DNA of 64,000 bases from Cenococcum geophilum (Eukaryota). This document shows, one piece after another, positions 50,864 to 64,000 of the stretch. Below the pieces are notes generated by a model, which ran no database searches, was not told the origin of the DNA, and saw nothing but the letters and a program-made list of their open reading frames with translations. The stretch is taken from contig CP158636.1 of NCBI GenBank assembly GCA_050273025.1, positions 1,364,001 through 1,428,000 on the forward strand. Direction: 5' to 3'. Within the stretch, counting starts at the first letter, position 1. Each line of letters opens with the position of its first letter. Made by a program: the position numbers and the translations under genes.

Positions 50864-52685
50864 CTTTACGAGACGTAAGAGAAGTAGGGTAGCGAACTAC
50901 TTCGGCACTTAATAAAGGTAAGAGGCTAAAGGCTTAAGATTCTTAAGAAGAGATAAGAGATAACTAAGATTTTTAAGATAAGATAAGGTATACCTAAGGA
51001 CCTATAATGGATAGAAACTAATAAAGTAGGGTAGTAGCTTAGTTTAAGGATATACGAATAAGCTTAGGATAGAGTTTCCTATAGGTATAAGACTCTTAAG
51101 ATAAGATAAGAACACTAAGTAAGCTTAGTTAGACTAAGGCTAGAGTAAAGCTTAAGTTAGAAGCAAGCTTAGGATTAAAAATTCTACGGAACTAAGACTT
51201 TAAGTAATAAATAAGGACTATTAATAAGATTAGAGAATCTGTAGTATAAATAGCAACTAGATTAGGAGACAGATATATAGACCTAAAGGACTTACTAAGG
51301 GAATATAGTGTTTAGCCTAAAGATCGGAAGGCCGATATTAAGATTAAGAAGTAAAAAGACTTTAAGGATTTACTTATAAGGCGAAAACCGAAAGAAACTA
51401 TAAAAGGATTTAGAGTAAGAATTATCGCATAGTAAAAATAGAAACTAGATAAGAGATTTAGTATATTAGGACGTATAAGGGACTAAGCACCTGTATAAAG
51501 GATTACTAATAGGCCTAGAGCAGGCATACTAAGAGCTAAGTAGCTTACTAAACTGAAAAATAAAGAGGATCTAGGGATTTTAATTAGGTTCGAAGAATAA
51601 TATATAAAGGGCTGTTATAATATAGTAATAAGAAGATACTTCCTTACGGACGAGCCGTATACACTTTAGCAGCTATACTAAAAGTGGTATAGATAGAGGT
51701 ATAATAATAAGTAGGAAGATTTCTATATATAGTTAAATAAGAAAGTTATTTAGGACCACCTGATTATAGAAAAGGCGATAAGTTATATTAAAGGGGCCTT
51801 AATTATAATATTAAAGGATTTAAAGGAGCGTTTAGAGGACTAGAGAAGTAAGAGGCGTATCTTAGTATCTATATATAAAGTCGTAACGTTTAGATTAACA
51901 CAATAAAAGTTTAAACTTAAGGATAAAGATGAGCTAAGAGTTAACCTAAAGCACTAAGCATATTATACGCTATTATAGATTATATATATAGATAACGCGT
52001 ATAATATATATAGAGCACCTAAGGATAAGTATAAAAAGTACCCTATAAGAATATACTGGCTAGCAGAAGAATAAAAGTATTAAAACGCTAAATATATACA
52101 TGGCTAGCATCTAGTAAAGTTTAGGAGTTAGGTAACTTAATACTTTAGCTAGAAAGATTCTTTACGGAAGAATACCTAGATAAATAATAGTAGTGGGAAT
52201 ACCTAGAGAATACGTGTCTATAGTATATTAAAGATAAAAAGCGAACTAAGTATTAGTTAAAGGTGGACTAAGTATAAATAAAATTAAGCAGCTAATAGTT
52301 AGAAAAAGTAGAGGCTTATAAAACTAGAGGGAGCTAGTAATAAAGCCTTAGACCCTTAAAGGAATTTAAAAATAACACCTAAATTTACGAGTTAAATAGT
52401 AAGATTAATAGTTTAAAGCGCTAATAGATAGTAGAGTAATAAGAAACCATATCTTACTAGCAGCAGTTAAAAGGATAGGATTACTATATAGAAAGAAGGA
52501 ACACTTTTACCTATTAGTAATAATTTTAGGAGATCCGATAGCCTATAGAGGAGGTATTATTAATCTTAAAATAGGACTTAGCTAACCATTAAAGGGAGAC
52601 TAGTTAAGATGTCTTTTAATATATTACTATTAGGGAATAATAAGGCAGTACTAGAAATGCCTTAGTTATAGAAATATAATCTAAG

Positions 52686-55600
52686 TATAGCTAGAATATA
52701 TTGCATTATAATAGGAGGCAAATTGCCGCCATGTATGGCAAGTTGCCGTTACGTAAGGCAAGTTGCTGTCACGTATCACCGCGGCACTAGCGTAGTAAGG
52801 AACCTTAAGTTCCTTACCCTTCTTTATATAAAAGACAACATCCATCTATAACACCGCATAGTACATATTATTGTGATATATATATTCTGCACGTTGTTAA
52901 AGCATACTAACACTGATCAGTAAGCGCGTATAGATTAGGAAACACGCAGATAGCTTGGAAGACAGTTATACTGTCCACCTTGCAGCAGATTGGAAGATAG
53001 TTATACTTATCTACCTTTCGTATTAGCCTATTTCAGTTAAAGAGAAGAAGAGAAACCACCTAAAAGTACTTATCTGGTATCCACAACAACTTCTAGACAC
53101 CTTGTTCTATCTATTCTAGAGGACCACTACGCAAAACACCTTATCCTACTCAACCGCCCCCTTAAACCTCCTTAACCGCCTCCTTAACCGCTCCCCTACC
53201 TTTACCCTATGAACACCCTTACCTACCTAAATAATATATAAGACACAAGATGTTAGGAACAGAGAAAGACTGGGAGGAAGAAGCAGCTAAATAGGAAGAT
53301 AGAATTAACCCAACGGAAGCCTCCAAGGACGACCTAACTAACTACCTATAATATAAGATATACCTATACACAGAGATATACAACTAGCTAGACTTAATAC
53401 TCTGGGAATCGTTCTAGGGAGATTTTAAGGACTTTACGGTTGATATCTTTACGCAAATCCCCTTATACTGGCTTTAGCAACTACATAATTGCCTAAATAT
53501 TAGAGGAGTATGGGTTAATATTAACCACAAACGAAATAAAACACTCCCTTAGTCTTTATATAATATAGTATAAGAAGAAAACCAAACTAAATAGAGTAGA
53601 GAGATGATTAAATTAGCCAATAATAAGTACGGACCGACGCTATTAAGATCGATTAAGGTATATATAATAGAGGGTACCTTAGAGGAGTAACGATAAGCTA
53701 AAACTACCGCAACCTAACTAACTGGTACACCAACTACCTCTACCTTTACACCATCTATTATACCTTAATCTACAACTACGTCTACTTTTATACCATCTAC
53801 TACGCCTTAACCCGCAATAACAACACAGCAACTCCACGTACAATCTATAGATGAGGAGAACCGCCCTGTCACTATAACCGGCTATAGTAAGGAAATTACA
53901 AATGCAGCCAAGATATATATAGAGGAGTAGAAATACGGTGGTATAAACAAAAGCCTTAACTACAAATTAATAATATTCTATGACATCTGCAATTAAGCGG
54001 ACGTACCCTAAGAAGCCTACCTTAAGGCATTCCCTACTATGCTAAAAGGACTAGCTTTAGACCACTTCTACATAAACTAACTGTCCCGCCTACCATTTGC
54101 CAAAGCTTGCGTGCACCTTCGGAATTTCTTTAAAGGACTAGGATTTTAACGCAAGAACCTAGACGAGTGGAACACTATTATACTTATAATAGTAATAGCA
54201 GGAAATATAGACAAGTTGACAAGCGAATATCTCCAATTGTTAATCTATAGACTTTATTAACTATAGCATGGCCTTAGACCTACCTTATAAACTATAGACT
54301 TCCTTTACAACAAAATCGTCACTTCTTACTAGGGAATACCAGTATGCAGATATGCAGTCTCTGACCCACTGGATAACCTTAGAGCCCTTATTAACAAACT
54401 TTAATCATCTATTACAGCATATAAGAAAGAGCATATGGAGAAGACATAAGCCTTCTTCATAGACCGACGGTTTTATAAAAGAGATAACAACTATAACCGC
54501 AGCAACCGCAATAACCCTCCATATAACCGCAACCGAAAGAAACTATATTACTTCGTATGTAATAGGGAAGGATGTCGCTTATAGAGACATACTAAGGAGG
54601 AGCAAGAAGAGTCTAAAGCTAAGTTCAGAACTGCTAATAAAGATAGGTTTGGCAAATTCGACGACTGATTTAAGAAACGACTCAACCAATATATTATAGA
54701 TTACGAGGATGACGATACTAACTTAGAAGAAGAGCTTAAGGAAGCTTTTTAAGCACTAACTATTAATGCAAGTTATAAGGCAACTAATAAAAACTTACAA
54801 CTGAATATTAATCACTACTATACCTCCCTCGGCTAAGTGGAATAGCAGAAAGCGATTTCTATAGCCGCCACCCTAGCTAATAAAGCCTTTGGCCATTTGG
54901 TTACAACCATAGACAATATAGTACCTCTTATAACCAACTAAGACCCCTTTACCTACAATGTAACCACATCTACGTCCCGCTATACTGCAGATAAGTTTAT
55001 AGGCATAATAATTGACATAGGAGCATCTAAACGATCTATAGCAGGATATGGCCAATTCTTGGCATTCTAGAGACTTAATACTAATGTACAGCTTAATACC
55101 ACCACACAAGGCATGGTTAACGTACAGTTCGGCATTAGATTAACCTTATTAATTGGATTAGCCAAAGTAACTACCCTAATCGGCATAATTAAGTTTCATA
55201 TTGTCAAGGTCGACACCCCATTTTTGCTTTACTTGGCAGATATGGACCACCTATAAGTATACTACAACAACCTAAAAAATATGCTAATCACCCCTCGGAG
55301 CGAAGTACCCGTTATACGTCGCTTTGGCCACCCTTTCCTACTTTGGAATATATCCCTATATACTTATTTAACTGAGTCCTTTAAATAAAACCCCTGCTAC
55401 CTTACTGACGTAGAATTAAAACGACTGCATCGCTATTTTAGCCACCCTTTAGTTGAGCGTCTTATATAAATACTTAAATGCTTAGGACACGATATTAATA
55501 GCAAGACCTTAGATTATCTTATACGCTACTGCCACCATTATTAAAAACATAGAAAGTTGCCTGGTAGATTTAGATTTACCTTATATAATAATATTAATTT

Positions 55601-58564
55601 TAACTATTTAATTGTGGTTAATATTATGTATATTAATGGCGCTCCTCTTCTATATATCGTCGATAAAGGAACACGATTTTAAACTGGTAGATAGCTGTAA
55701 AATATTAGCGCCAAATATATATGGGACGTATTACGAATATACTAGATTAATACATACCTAGGACCCCCTAATATCATTATATATAATGCAGGCAAGAACT
55801 TTATAAGCAAGGAATTTAAACAATACGCTATAATATTTGGAATAACTATAAGAAGCATACCTGTCGAAGCCCACAATTCAGTCAGAATGGTAGAACGCTA
55901 CTATGGCCCCCTCCGTCGCATATACCACATTATTACTGCAGAACTACCGGACATTAGTAAGGACATAGCCCTATAAATAGCTTTTAAAGCAATTAACAAT
56001 TCCGCAGGCCCTAACGGTCTTATACCTACCTTACTAGTATTCGGAGCTTACCCACGCATAGTGGAATCCGACGCACCTAATCCTACGGTTGCACAACGAG
56101 CAATAGCTCTTAAAAAGGCTATAGAAGAAGTTAAGAAGCTTAGAGCTAAGCGCTAAGTGGCAGATGCCCTTAATATGCGCAATAGACCTAAGACAACCGC
56201 GATTTATAAACTACTACTTAACTTACTCGTATTAGTATAGAGAGAAGGACCTATAGGCTAACCTAGTTACTGGTCTGGTCCGCACAACCTACTTAGTATT
56301 AAAAATAAGACCTGTACTATATAACTCCCCTATAGACCCACCAACTTCCGCAGCATGGTTATAAAACCATATTTGGTAGACCCTGAGATTACAGAGGATA
56401 CGTAGCTAGAAGATAATAAAAGCAAACTACCCTAAACTAAGCCTGAACCCCTACCTTAAACTAAACCTAAACCCCTACCTTAAACTAAACCTAAACCCCT
56501 ACCTTAAACTAAGCCTAGACCTTAACCCGTTAAGTGTGGAAGAGGTAGACCACGCAAGTACCCTATTAAAGCGAATACCGCGAACATTTTAATATATCTA
56601 TAAGATGAGGATAATAATCAACTTATAAAGTCTAATTAGTTTATAGTATTACGCCAGAAGGAAATTAAGGGATTACTTAAGAAAGGAGTTTTTGAACTGG
56701 TTAACCCTAAAGATATACCATAAAGCAACAGAGTATTTAACTCTAGATTCGTTAACGAAATTAAGAACCCCAGCTCTAATAAAGCCTTTAAGAAGTTAAG
56801 ACTAGTTGTACAGGTATATAATGACCTAGAAAAAGACCTTATACTAACCCAATTACCTACAATCCAATAAGTCAGCTAACGCCTTATTCTCTATATTACG
56901 GCCATAACTCAGAATAATAGCATATATCTCTACTTATGAGATATTTCATAGGCCTATATATAATTAGCTACAAAACTAAATCGAGATTTCTATATTAGGG
57001 CACCTCTTAAACTTAATATAGCACTTAGAGTCTTATAAGGCATAATCCTAAAGGTTGTTAGACCTTTATACGGCATTCCTAAGGCAGGCAATTATTAGTT
57101 TAAGACTTACTATAACCACTATATTAAAGAACTAAATATAAGCCAATCTATTTATAACCCCTGCTTACTCCACCTTAATAACCCTATAAATTTTGGAATA
57201 GTTGGTTTATAGACTAATAATACCCTCCTACTAGCTAACTTAGTCTTTGTAGCTTTAGAATAGGAGAAGATTAAGAAAGCTAAGTTCCTAACTAAGAAAC
57301 GCGAATAACTTACGCTGGAATACCCAATTAAGTTTAACGGAGGTATTATCCGATAACAGGATTATATAATTACGCTTACGCAGGAGCACTAATGCCAGAA
57401 CTTAACCCTTGTTAATATTAAGGAAGCTATTATAATAACTAGTTCCAGAGGCACTATTCGTATAGTACTTACACTTAAGGACTAATACATCGCCCAACGA
57501 GCAAGAGGAGCTTATATTGCGTCCGTATACCAGCCCAAAGCTTCTTTTAATTTATCCTACGCTACCTAGGTGATTAACCCTAATAAGAAAGACGCAAAAC
57601 TACTTAATAAGAGGATTTAGTGGCAAATTAAGAACCCAATAAGAGGTTTAAACTTTGTTAAACTCGACATAGAGACATTATAACTACTTATATTTACTAA
57701 TTCCTTATTTACAAATAATAAGGATCTCTTATTACAGATTAGATACATCCTAGTACTAGCAGACTTATTAAACAAGGCGAATATCGTCTACTGGTCCTCA
57801 GTTAAGTGTAAGAGAATTACTAGAAGCGTACTAGCCTCCGAATTATACGCTATGGCCTATGGTTTTAACATCGGCGCTACAATTAAGGCCACAGTCGAAT
57901 TGCAACTTAACATTAGCCTACCGCTTATCCTTTACACCAATTTAAAGTCGATCTATAAATGCCTTATTAAACTAGGAACTACACAGGAGAAGAGACTTAT
58001 AATTAATGTTATGTGCCTACGTTAGTCATATAAAAGACGCGAAATAGCTAAAGTTACGTAGATTAATGGAGACAGTAACCCTGCGGACGCTATAACTAAA
58101 AGCAAACTATTATCAGCTCTTAAGCAACTTATTAACACAAACTGAATCGAGTTGAAAACAGTAGAATGGGTAGAACGTGCTACTAATAATAGCACTGATA
58201 TAAAGGTATAAAGGAAGGAAGGAAGGAAGGAAGGAAGGAAGGAAGGAAGGAAGAAAAGAAAGAGAAGTGTATATATAGATTTTCGAACTGCACAGTTATA
58301 GGATACTAGTCCTCCGCATTTTCTAAAGTACTCCCAGTGTAGCTAGAATATATTGCATTGCAATAGGAGGCAAATTGCCGCTATATATAGCAAGTTGCCG
58401 TTACGTAAGGCAAGTTGCCGTCACGTGTTACCGCGGCACTAGCGTGGTAAGGAACCTTAAGTTCCTCACCCTTCTTTATATGAAAGACAATATCTATCTA
58501 CAACACCATATAGTATATATCATTGTGATATATGTATTCTGCACGTTGTTAAAGCATACCAACA
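52686..58564 (+). mobile_element. Ty1/Copia (GalEa-like) LTR retrotransposon 2, full length, RIPed, nested in Gypsy B copy 2
   Basis: 227-bp LTRs at 52686-52912 and 58338-58564; TSD CTAAG; CTGATCAGT at 52913-52921; PR GI.ID.GA ~55001; integrase ~55425-56100; RT GL.TDD ~57203; CQPEA-like ~57528; RNase H NPADA.TK ~58077. Confidence 0.94.
58212..58252 (+). repeat. (GGAA)n microsatellite in the Copia 2 3' UTR
   Basis: About 10 tandem GGAA units. Confidence 0.9.
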
Positions 58565-61494
58565 CTAAGAATTAATTAGGTTATAGGTTAGGTTAATATT
58601 AGAGATACTTAATAACATAAGAGGTGATAATAAGCTAAGTTAGTATAGTACTAAGTTAGAGTAATATATAAGGAGACTAAGCGAGGCTTAAGTTACGTAC
58701 TAAGAAGATACTATAAGTATAGTAAGAAACTATAGTTACTAAAAAGTAAAAAGCTGTTAGAGTATATAGCATAGGATTATAAGATAGAATTAGAACTAGG
58801 AATGAGTTTAAGGTTTTTTCCAATTTATAAGCTTACTAAAGAAGAAGGTAGAGTGTTAAAAGAGTTTATTTAGGAAAACTTATGAAAAGGATATATTAGA
58901 CTATTATAGTCATTAGCGGGTTATCCAGTACTATTTATATTAAAGAAGAATGGCAAACTAAGGCTATATATTAACTATAGATAGTTAAACAGTATTACTA
59001 GAAAGGATAGGTATCCTTTACCTTTAATTAGCGAGATTTAAGATAGGATAGATAATATATAAATCTTTACAAAGATAGATCTAAGATAGGCATACTATTA
59101 GATTAAAATTAAGGAAGGCAACGAATGGAAGGCAGCCTTTAGGTCAAAAGAAGGACTATATAAATTATTAGTTATATAATTCGGGCTTATAAACGTATTA
59201 GTAACGTTTTAGAAATGTATTAATAATATATTAGGAGAACACTTAGATAAATTTATTATAGTATACCTTAATAATAATATTATCTACTTAATAACTAAGG
59301 AAGAATATAGGGAATACGTTAAGTGGGTTTTAAAGAGACTATAAGAAGAATAGATGCTAGTAGTAATTAAGAAATACGAGTTCTTTACTAGGAAGACTAA
59401 TTTTATAGGATTTATTATTAAACTAGGCCAACTTAGTATAGATCTAAAGAAAATTAAGGCTATAGTAAATTGGTAAGAACTAGAGAACGTTATATAGTTA
59501 AGATTATTTTTAGGGCTTTGCAATTACTGTAAAAGGTTTATAGCGTAATAGTTAAAGGATATTAAGCCATTTACGCAATTAATAAAGAAAGAAGAACTAT
59601 AGGTATAGGGAGAGGAATAGCGAGAATTATTTAAGAAAGTTAAAGAGTTGTTTACCCAAGAGCTAGTTCTTAAGATCTATTAACTAGGTCTAAAGACGGT
59701 TATAGAAATAGATATATTAGACTATATACTAGGGGCATACTTTATATAGAAGTATTTAGATAAATAGCACCTAGTAGTATACTATAGTTGGAAGATAATA
59801 CTATTAGAGTTAAACTATAACATCTATAATAAGGAGTTATTAGGTATAGTTACAGTACTAAAAAAAATAGAGAGTATTTCTATAAGGCATAGAGAAACTA
59901 TTTATAGTTAAGATAGATTATAAGAACTTAATAGGATTTTTAATAATAAAGGAACTTAACTAGAGATAGGTTAGATAGGTAGAGATACTTATAAAATACT
60001 ATTTTAAGATTTAGTATACTAAGGGCACAGATAATATATAAGCAGACGCTCTAAGTTAAAGGGCTAAACTATAGAACAATAAAAAGCTATTAGGGGCTTT
60101 ACTGCGAAAAGATATAGACGGATTAATTAGATATAATTACCTAAAAATTATAGTAACTTAGGAAGAACTAGAAAAAGTCTATAAGATACTAAGAAGCTTT
60201 TAGGTATAAAGAATTTTAGAAATATAGCTAGAAGATCTATAGATGGATATATATAAGAGTTAAGAAGCGATGTATATCCTAAAAAGTATAGCAGAGCATT
60301 TTATAGAAGATTTTTATAAGGGAATAACTTAGGGATATAATAGAGCTAGAGGCTTAGTATTAAGACTTTAGGAAGAATATATTATTAATAGAATCTAGGG
60401 ACTAGCGCAAAAAGTTATAAAAGAATATTTAAATTACTAAAGGAATAAGCTAATAAGGTATAGGCTATATAGAGGGCTATAACCTATTAAAATACCAGAG
60501 AGACTATAGGAGGTTATATTATAGGACTTTATTATTAAATTATTAAAGTTAAGAGATTCTATTACTGGATAAGATTATAATATAATCTTAGTAATAATAG
60601 ATAAGCTTATAAAGTAGGGATACTTTATAGTATATATAGAAGAAATATTAGTAGAAGATATCGCTAAAATCTATATTAAGGAAGTGTTTATAAAACATAG
60701 AGTATTAAGTAAAATTATATTGGGTAGGGATCTAAGATTTGTAGTAGTATTTTAGGAAGTATTCTTAGCGGAATAAGGAGTTAGAGTAGTAACTTTTACC
60801 GTATATTATTTATAGACAGACGGTTAAATAAAAAGATTAAATTAGATACTAGAGCAGTATTTAAGGTACTATATTAACCACGCATAGAATAATTGGGTAT
60901 TATTATTACTAGTTATATAGTTTATATATAATGTAACACCTTAAGAAGAAATAGGCATATTACTATTTAAGGCAAATTATAGATATAAGCTAAGGATATT
61001 ATTGTTACTATAATAAGTAAAGAAGATAAGTAGTAGAGCTAAAGAAAGAATAAAGACGTTAATAAATCTTTATATAGACCTTATAAAATTAGTAAAGAAA
61101 GTATAAGAGAGAATAAAAAGGTACTATAATACTAAGAGATCTAAGGGATTAGATCTTAAGGAGGGAGATAAAGTATAGCTACTATATAAAATTTTTAAGA
61201 GTTAACAACTAAGTAAGAAGTTAGACTATGTTAGACTAGGACCTTTTAAAATTATATAGAAAATTTTACTAGTTACGTTTAAGTTAAACCTACCAGCTAA
61301 AATAAATATTTACCCTATATAGTATATTATAATGCTAAAGCTAGTATATAGGAATGTTAAGCTACTAGTTTATAAAGCAGATACATATAGAGGATAAGAA
61401 AAAGATAAATAGTAAGTTTTAAAGATCGTTAGTTATAAGGACGTTAATAACAAAATATAGTATAAGGTTAAGTAAATAGGCTATACTAAGACTA

Positions 61495-62197
61495 CCTAGA
61501 AACTATTAGAGAATTTAAAAAATGCTATAGGAAAGGTATAGGAGTATTAGAAGAAATTAGGTTAGGTAGTATTAATAAAAAAGGATCGCTAAAGAATAAG
61601 TCACCTAAGGGGGACCTAAGAAGAGTAGTTGCCGAGCTACTTAGATCTATTTCCTTCTCTATTAAAGGAAAGTCTATTTTTTTATTACTAAGTTTCTATA
61701 AACCCTATTTTATAAGTTTCTACTTTTTAGAATATACCTTTTTATAAACCTTCTTAAGATAGATTAACTAAGTGGACACCGTAAGATAAGACTTAAGGGC
61801 CCGTTGCTAAGTATTAGCAGCCTCCTATTTAGCGTTCTAAAATCGGCGCAACTCCGCTAGAGTAATAGATAGTTTATTATCTAGCTATATAGTAGTAGAT
61901 TAAATATAAAACCCTAAGATAAATTAATTAAGGAACTAGACGACTATTAAAAGTAATAGGTTATATATATTTAGTATTAGAGACAGAGTAAGCGTTATAG
62001 GATAAATAAATATTCGCTTTAGTGCACTCTAAGTAAGAGGATAGTTATCGCGAAGATGGGTTTACTAACGTAATATAAACTAACCCCTCTTTTAAGCAGT
62101 AAGAATATAGAGACGGTATAATCTTACTAAGAGATAATATTGCAGCAATAGTGCAAACGCGACGAGCAGTCGAAGAGGAAGAAATTACTTTAGGTAT
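61495..62197 (-). pseudogene. Antisense Zn2Cys6-like/coiled-coil gene of Gypsy B copy 2, RIP-inactivated
   Basis: Homologous to 5196-5880. Retains TGC at Cys2 and Cys5, has the same 55-nt intron (~61915-61969) and a 21-nt in-frame insertion in the coiled coil. The 3' end is approximate. Confidence 0.7.
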
Positions 62198-63323
62198 AAT
62201 AAGCAATAATATTAACTAAATTAATTAGATAGATATTATACCTCTAGTAAACAACCTAGAGATATTTAGAATCTTTAAGGACGAAGATAAAGAGGAGGGA
62301 GATAGTGTTATAGACGCTTTAAGTACGATGTTATAACTACTTAGGGAAGAGTTAGAAGAAGCTAGTTAGTTAATTTAAGCACGGTCTAGGATAGAGCTGG
62401 TAGAACTATATAATAAGAAATAGTAACCAAGGTTATATAATATAATCTGTATAATCTATATAATTTATATAATCTATAATAGAGTAAATAGAGCACACAT
62501 ATATTATATATAAGAAGGATTTTATAGGAGTACGGTTATATATTTAAAGGACTATAGTCCCTACCTAGATAGTTCCTTCCTTATAGTAATTCTTAGAATA
62601 TAATTAGAGTTAATCTATTAGGCAACCACTCCACTAGTTATTATTACGTTGTTAATTTTAATTTATATTACCTATACACCTAGCCTAATAACGAGCCTAT
62701 CGTAGTTCCTACTATAAGGTTCCGTTATAAACTGGCTATATTTAAGTCTATATTAATTAGACAATTATATAAGATATTACCTTCTATTAAGCTATAAGTT
62801 CTTATATATATACTCTACTAACCTTTAACTGTCCTTAGATTTAGGACTATCTTATAAAGGCGCCTATATTACTAAGCGATTAAATTAAAACTATATTTAA
62901 ATTATAACGCGTTAATATTAAAGATCTCCTTCTTACCGCACTTAGTAAAATTAATCTTACCTATAATATCTAGATATTTATAAATATAATATTAATACTT
63001 AGTATTGTAGCCTATTTTATTAATAAAGGTAAAAAGCTTTAATTAGTACTTTTAGGCCCTTTATAACTATAAGGATTATACTCTACTAGGAATGTAGTAA
63101 TGGCCCCAGCGTTAATAATTAAAAAGTATTAATTTAATTATAAGCTTAGCTCCTTAATGGCTAATAATACTAGTAATAATAATAAGCTCTATAACTACCT
63201 CTTATAAAGCCTATTAGTAGCTAAAAAGAAACGGCTTTAGTATATTAGCCATATTATTAACCTTATTATTAAGGCTTTAATATATAGCAAAGGTATATTA
63301 AATTTAATCTTATGCGGCGGAGA

Positions 63324-64000
63324 TGTTACGGACGCTTTAAGTACGATGTTACGACTACTTAGAGAAGAGTTGGAAGAAGCTAGTTGGTTAATTAAAGCAC
63401 GGTCTAGGATAAAACCGGTAGAACTATATAACGAGGAATAGTAGCCGAGGTTATATAATGTGCTATATATTAAACAAGAGGAACGAAAGGAACTTACGTA
63501 CCTTATATATAAGACGTATATTACGTACAAAAAGGATTTTATAGGAGTACGGTCGTGTATTTAAGGACCCTTAGTCCCTACCTAGATAGTTCCTTCCTTA
63601 TAGTAATTCTTAGAATATAATTAGAGTTAATCTGTTAGGCAACCACTCCACTAGTTATTATTATATTGTTAACTTCGTTACATTACCTATACACCTAGCC
63701 TATTAACGAGCCTATTATAGTTCTTACTATAAGGTTCCGTTATATAATTACTACCTAGTTATAGTATTAACAAGTTAAATAATATGCCACCAAAAGCACC
63801 AGCCATAACGCCATTAACGGCGGCAACTACTTTAAGGTTAGGTAATAACACTAGTATAGCAGACACTAACTTATAGCAACCTATAACGGTCGGACAGCTA
63901 TAAGAAATAGTTAACCAGTTAATAGAAAATAATGTAATATTAGAAAACAGGATTAACGGAATAGGCGCAGTAAAGGTTAAGTTACTATTAATTAAAAGGT
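63324..64000 (+). mobile_element. Gypsy family B, copy 3 (5' LTR 63324-63744 and start of gag; truncated by window end)
   Basis: LTR TGTTACGGACGC... matches family B; gag MPPKA at 63784. Confidence 0.92.

Larger units (their letters stand above)
48672..62729 (+). mobile_element. Gypsy family B, copy 2 (full length, RIPed)
   Basis: 424-bp LTRs at 48672-49095 and 62306-62729; TSD AACTA/AACTG at 48667-48671 and 62730-62734; PPT 62290-62305; RT YL.. ~59262; colinear with the reverse complement of copy 1. Confidence 0.95.
44872..63323 (+). mobile_element. hAT-family DNA transposon, RIPed and split by nested insertions (own sequence ~44872-45496, 48389-48671, 62735-63323; continues beyond)
   Basis: De-RIPed BED finger (IW.H...WLCKLC...H.K.KH, 48410-48566), first catalytic D in KINLT.D.WTS (~62947-62980), MADNASNND (~63157), RL.CIGHIINL (~63232-63265). 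Left end is approximate, placed at the inverted repeat 44872-44968. Confidence 0.75.

Noticed and set aside
52681..52685. Both Copia TSDs read CTAAG in element orientation
   Set aside because: Only two cases, and RIP drives different 5-mers toward TA-containing words.

Overview
This is a filamentous ascomycete window (probably Dothideomycete-like, by inference) with a two-compartment layout. An intact ~11.5 kb gene island (33.4-44.9 kb) holds TFIIB/SUA7, ATP synthase subunit h/ATP14, a DUF1765 protein and a secreted class II peroxidase. It sits between two nests of transposons heavily mutated by RIP (repeat-induced point mutation). Left nest: a chromoviral Gypsy (A) containing a second Gypsy (B), which contains a GalEa-type Copia and a gag-only Copia derivative; then a BYS1-like pseudogene, a Tc1 DD34E transposon and a Crypton interrupted by a non-coding LTR element. 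Right nest: a hAT transposon with nested MITEs, a second gag-only element, two more Gypsy B copies, a solo LTR and another Copia. Most insertions are resolved to the base by LTR/TIR pairs and target-site duplications (TSDs). Three observations stand out: (1) a ~205-nt hairpin-rich element with an apparent compensatory base pair, shared in sense orientation by the 3' UTRs of an unrelated Copia and Gypsy; (2) an antisense, intron-containing Zn2Cys6-like/coiled-coil gene in both full Gypsy B copies; (3) a non-coding, probably self-priming LTR element filled with structured repeats. TE protein readings were done by eye and rely on reversing RIP changes (TpA back to CpA/TpG), so they are partly inference.
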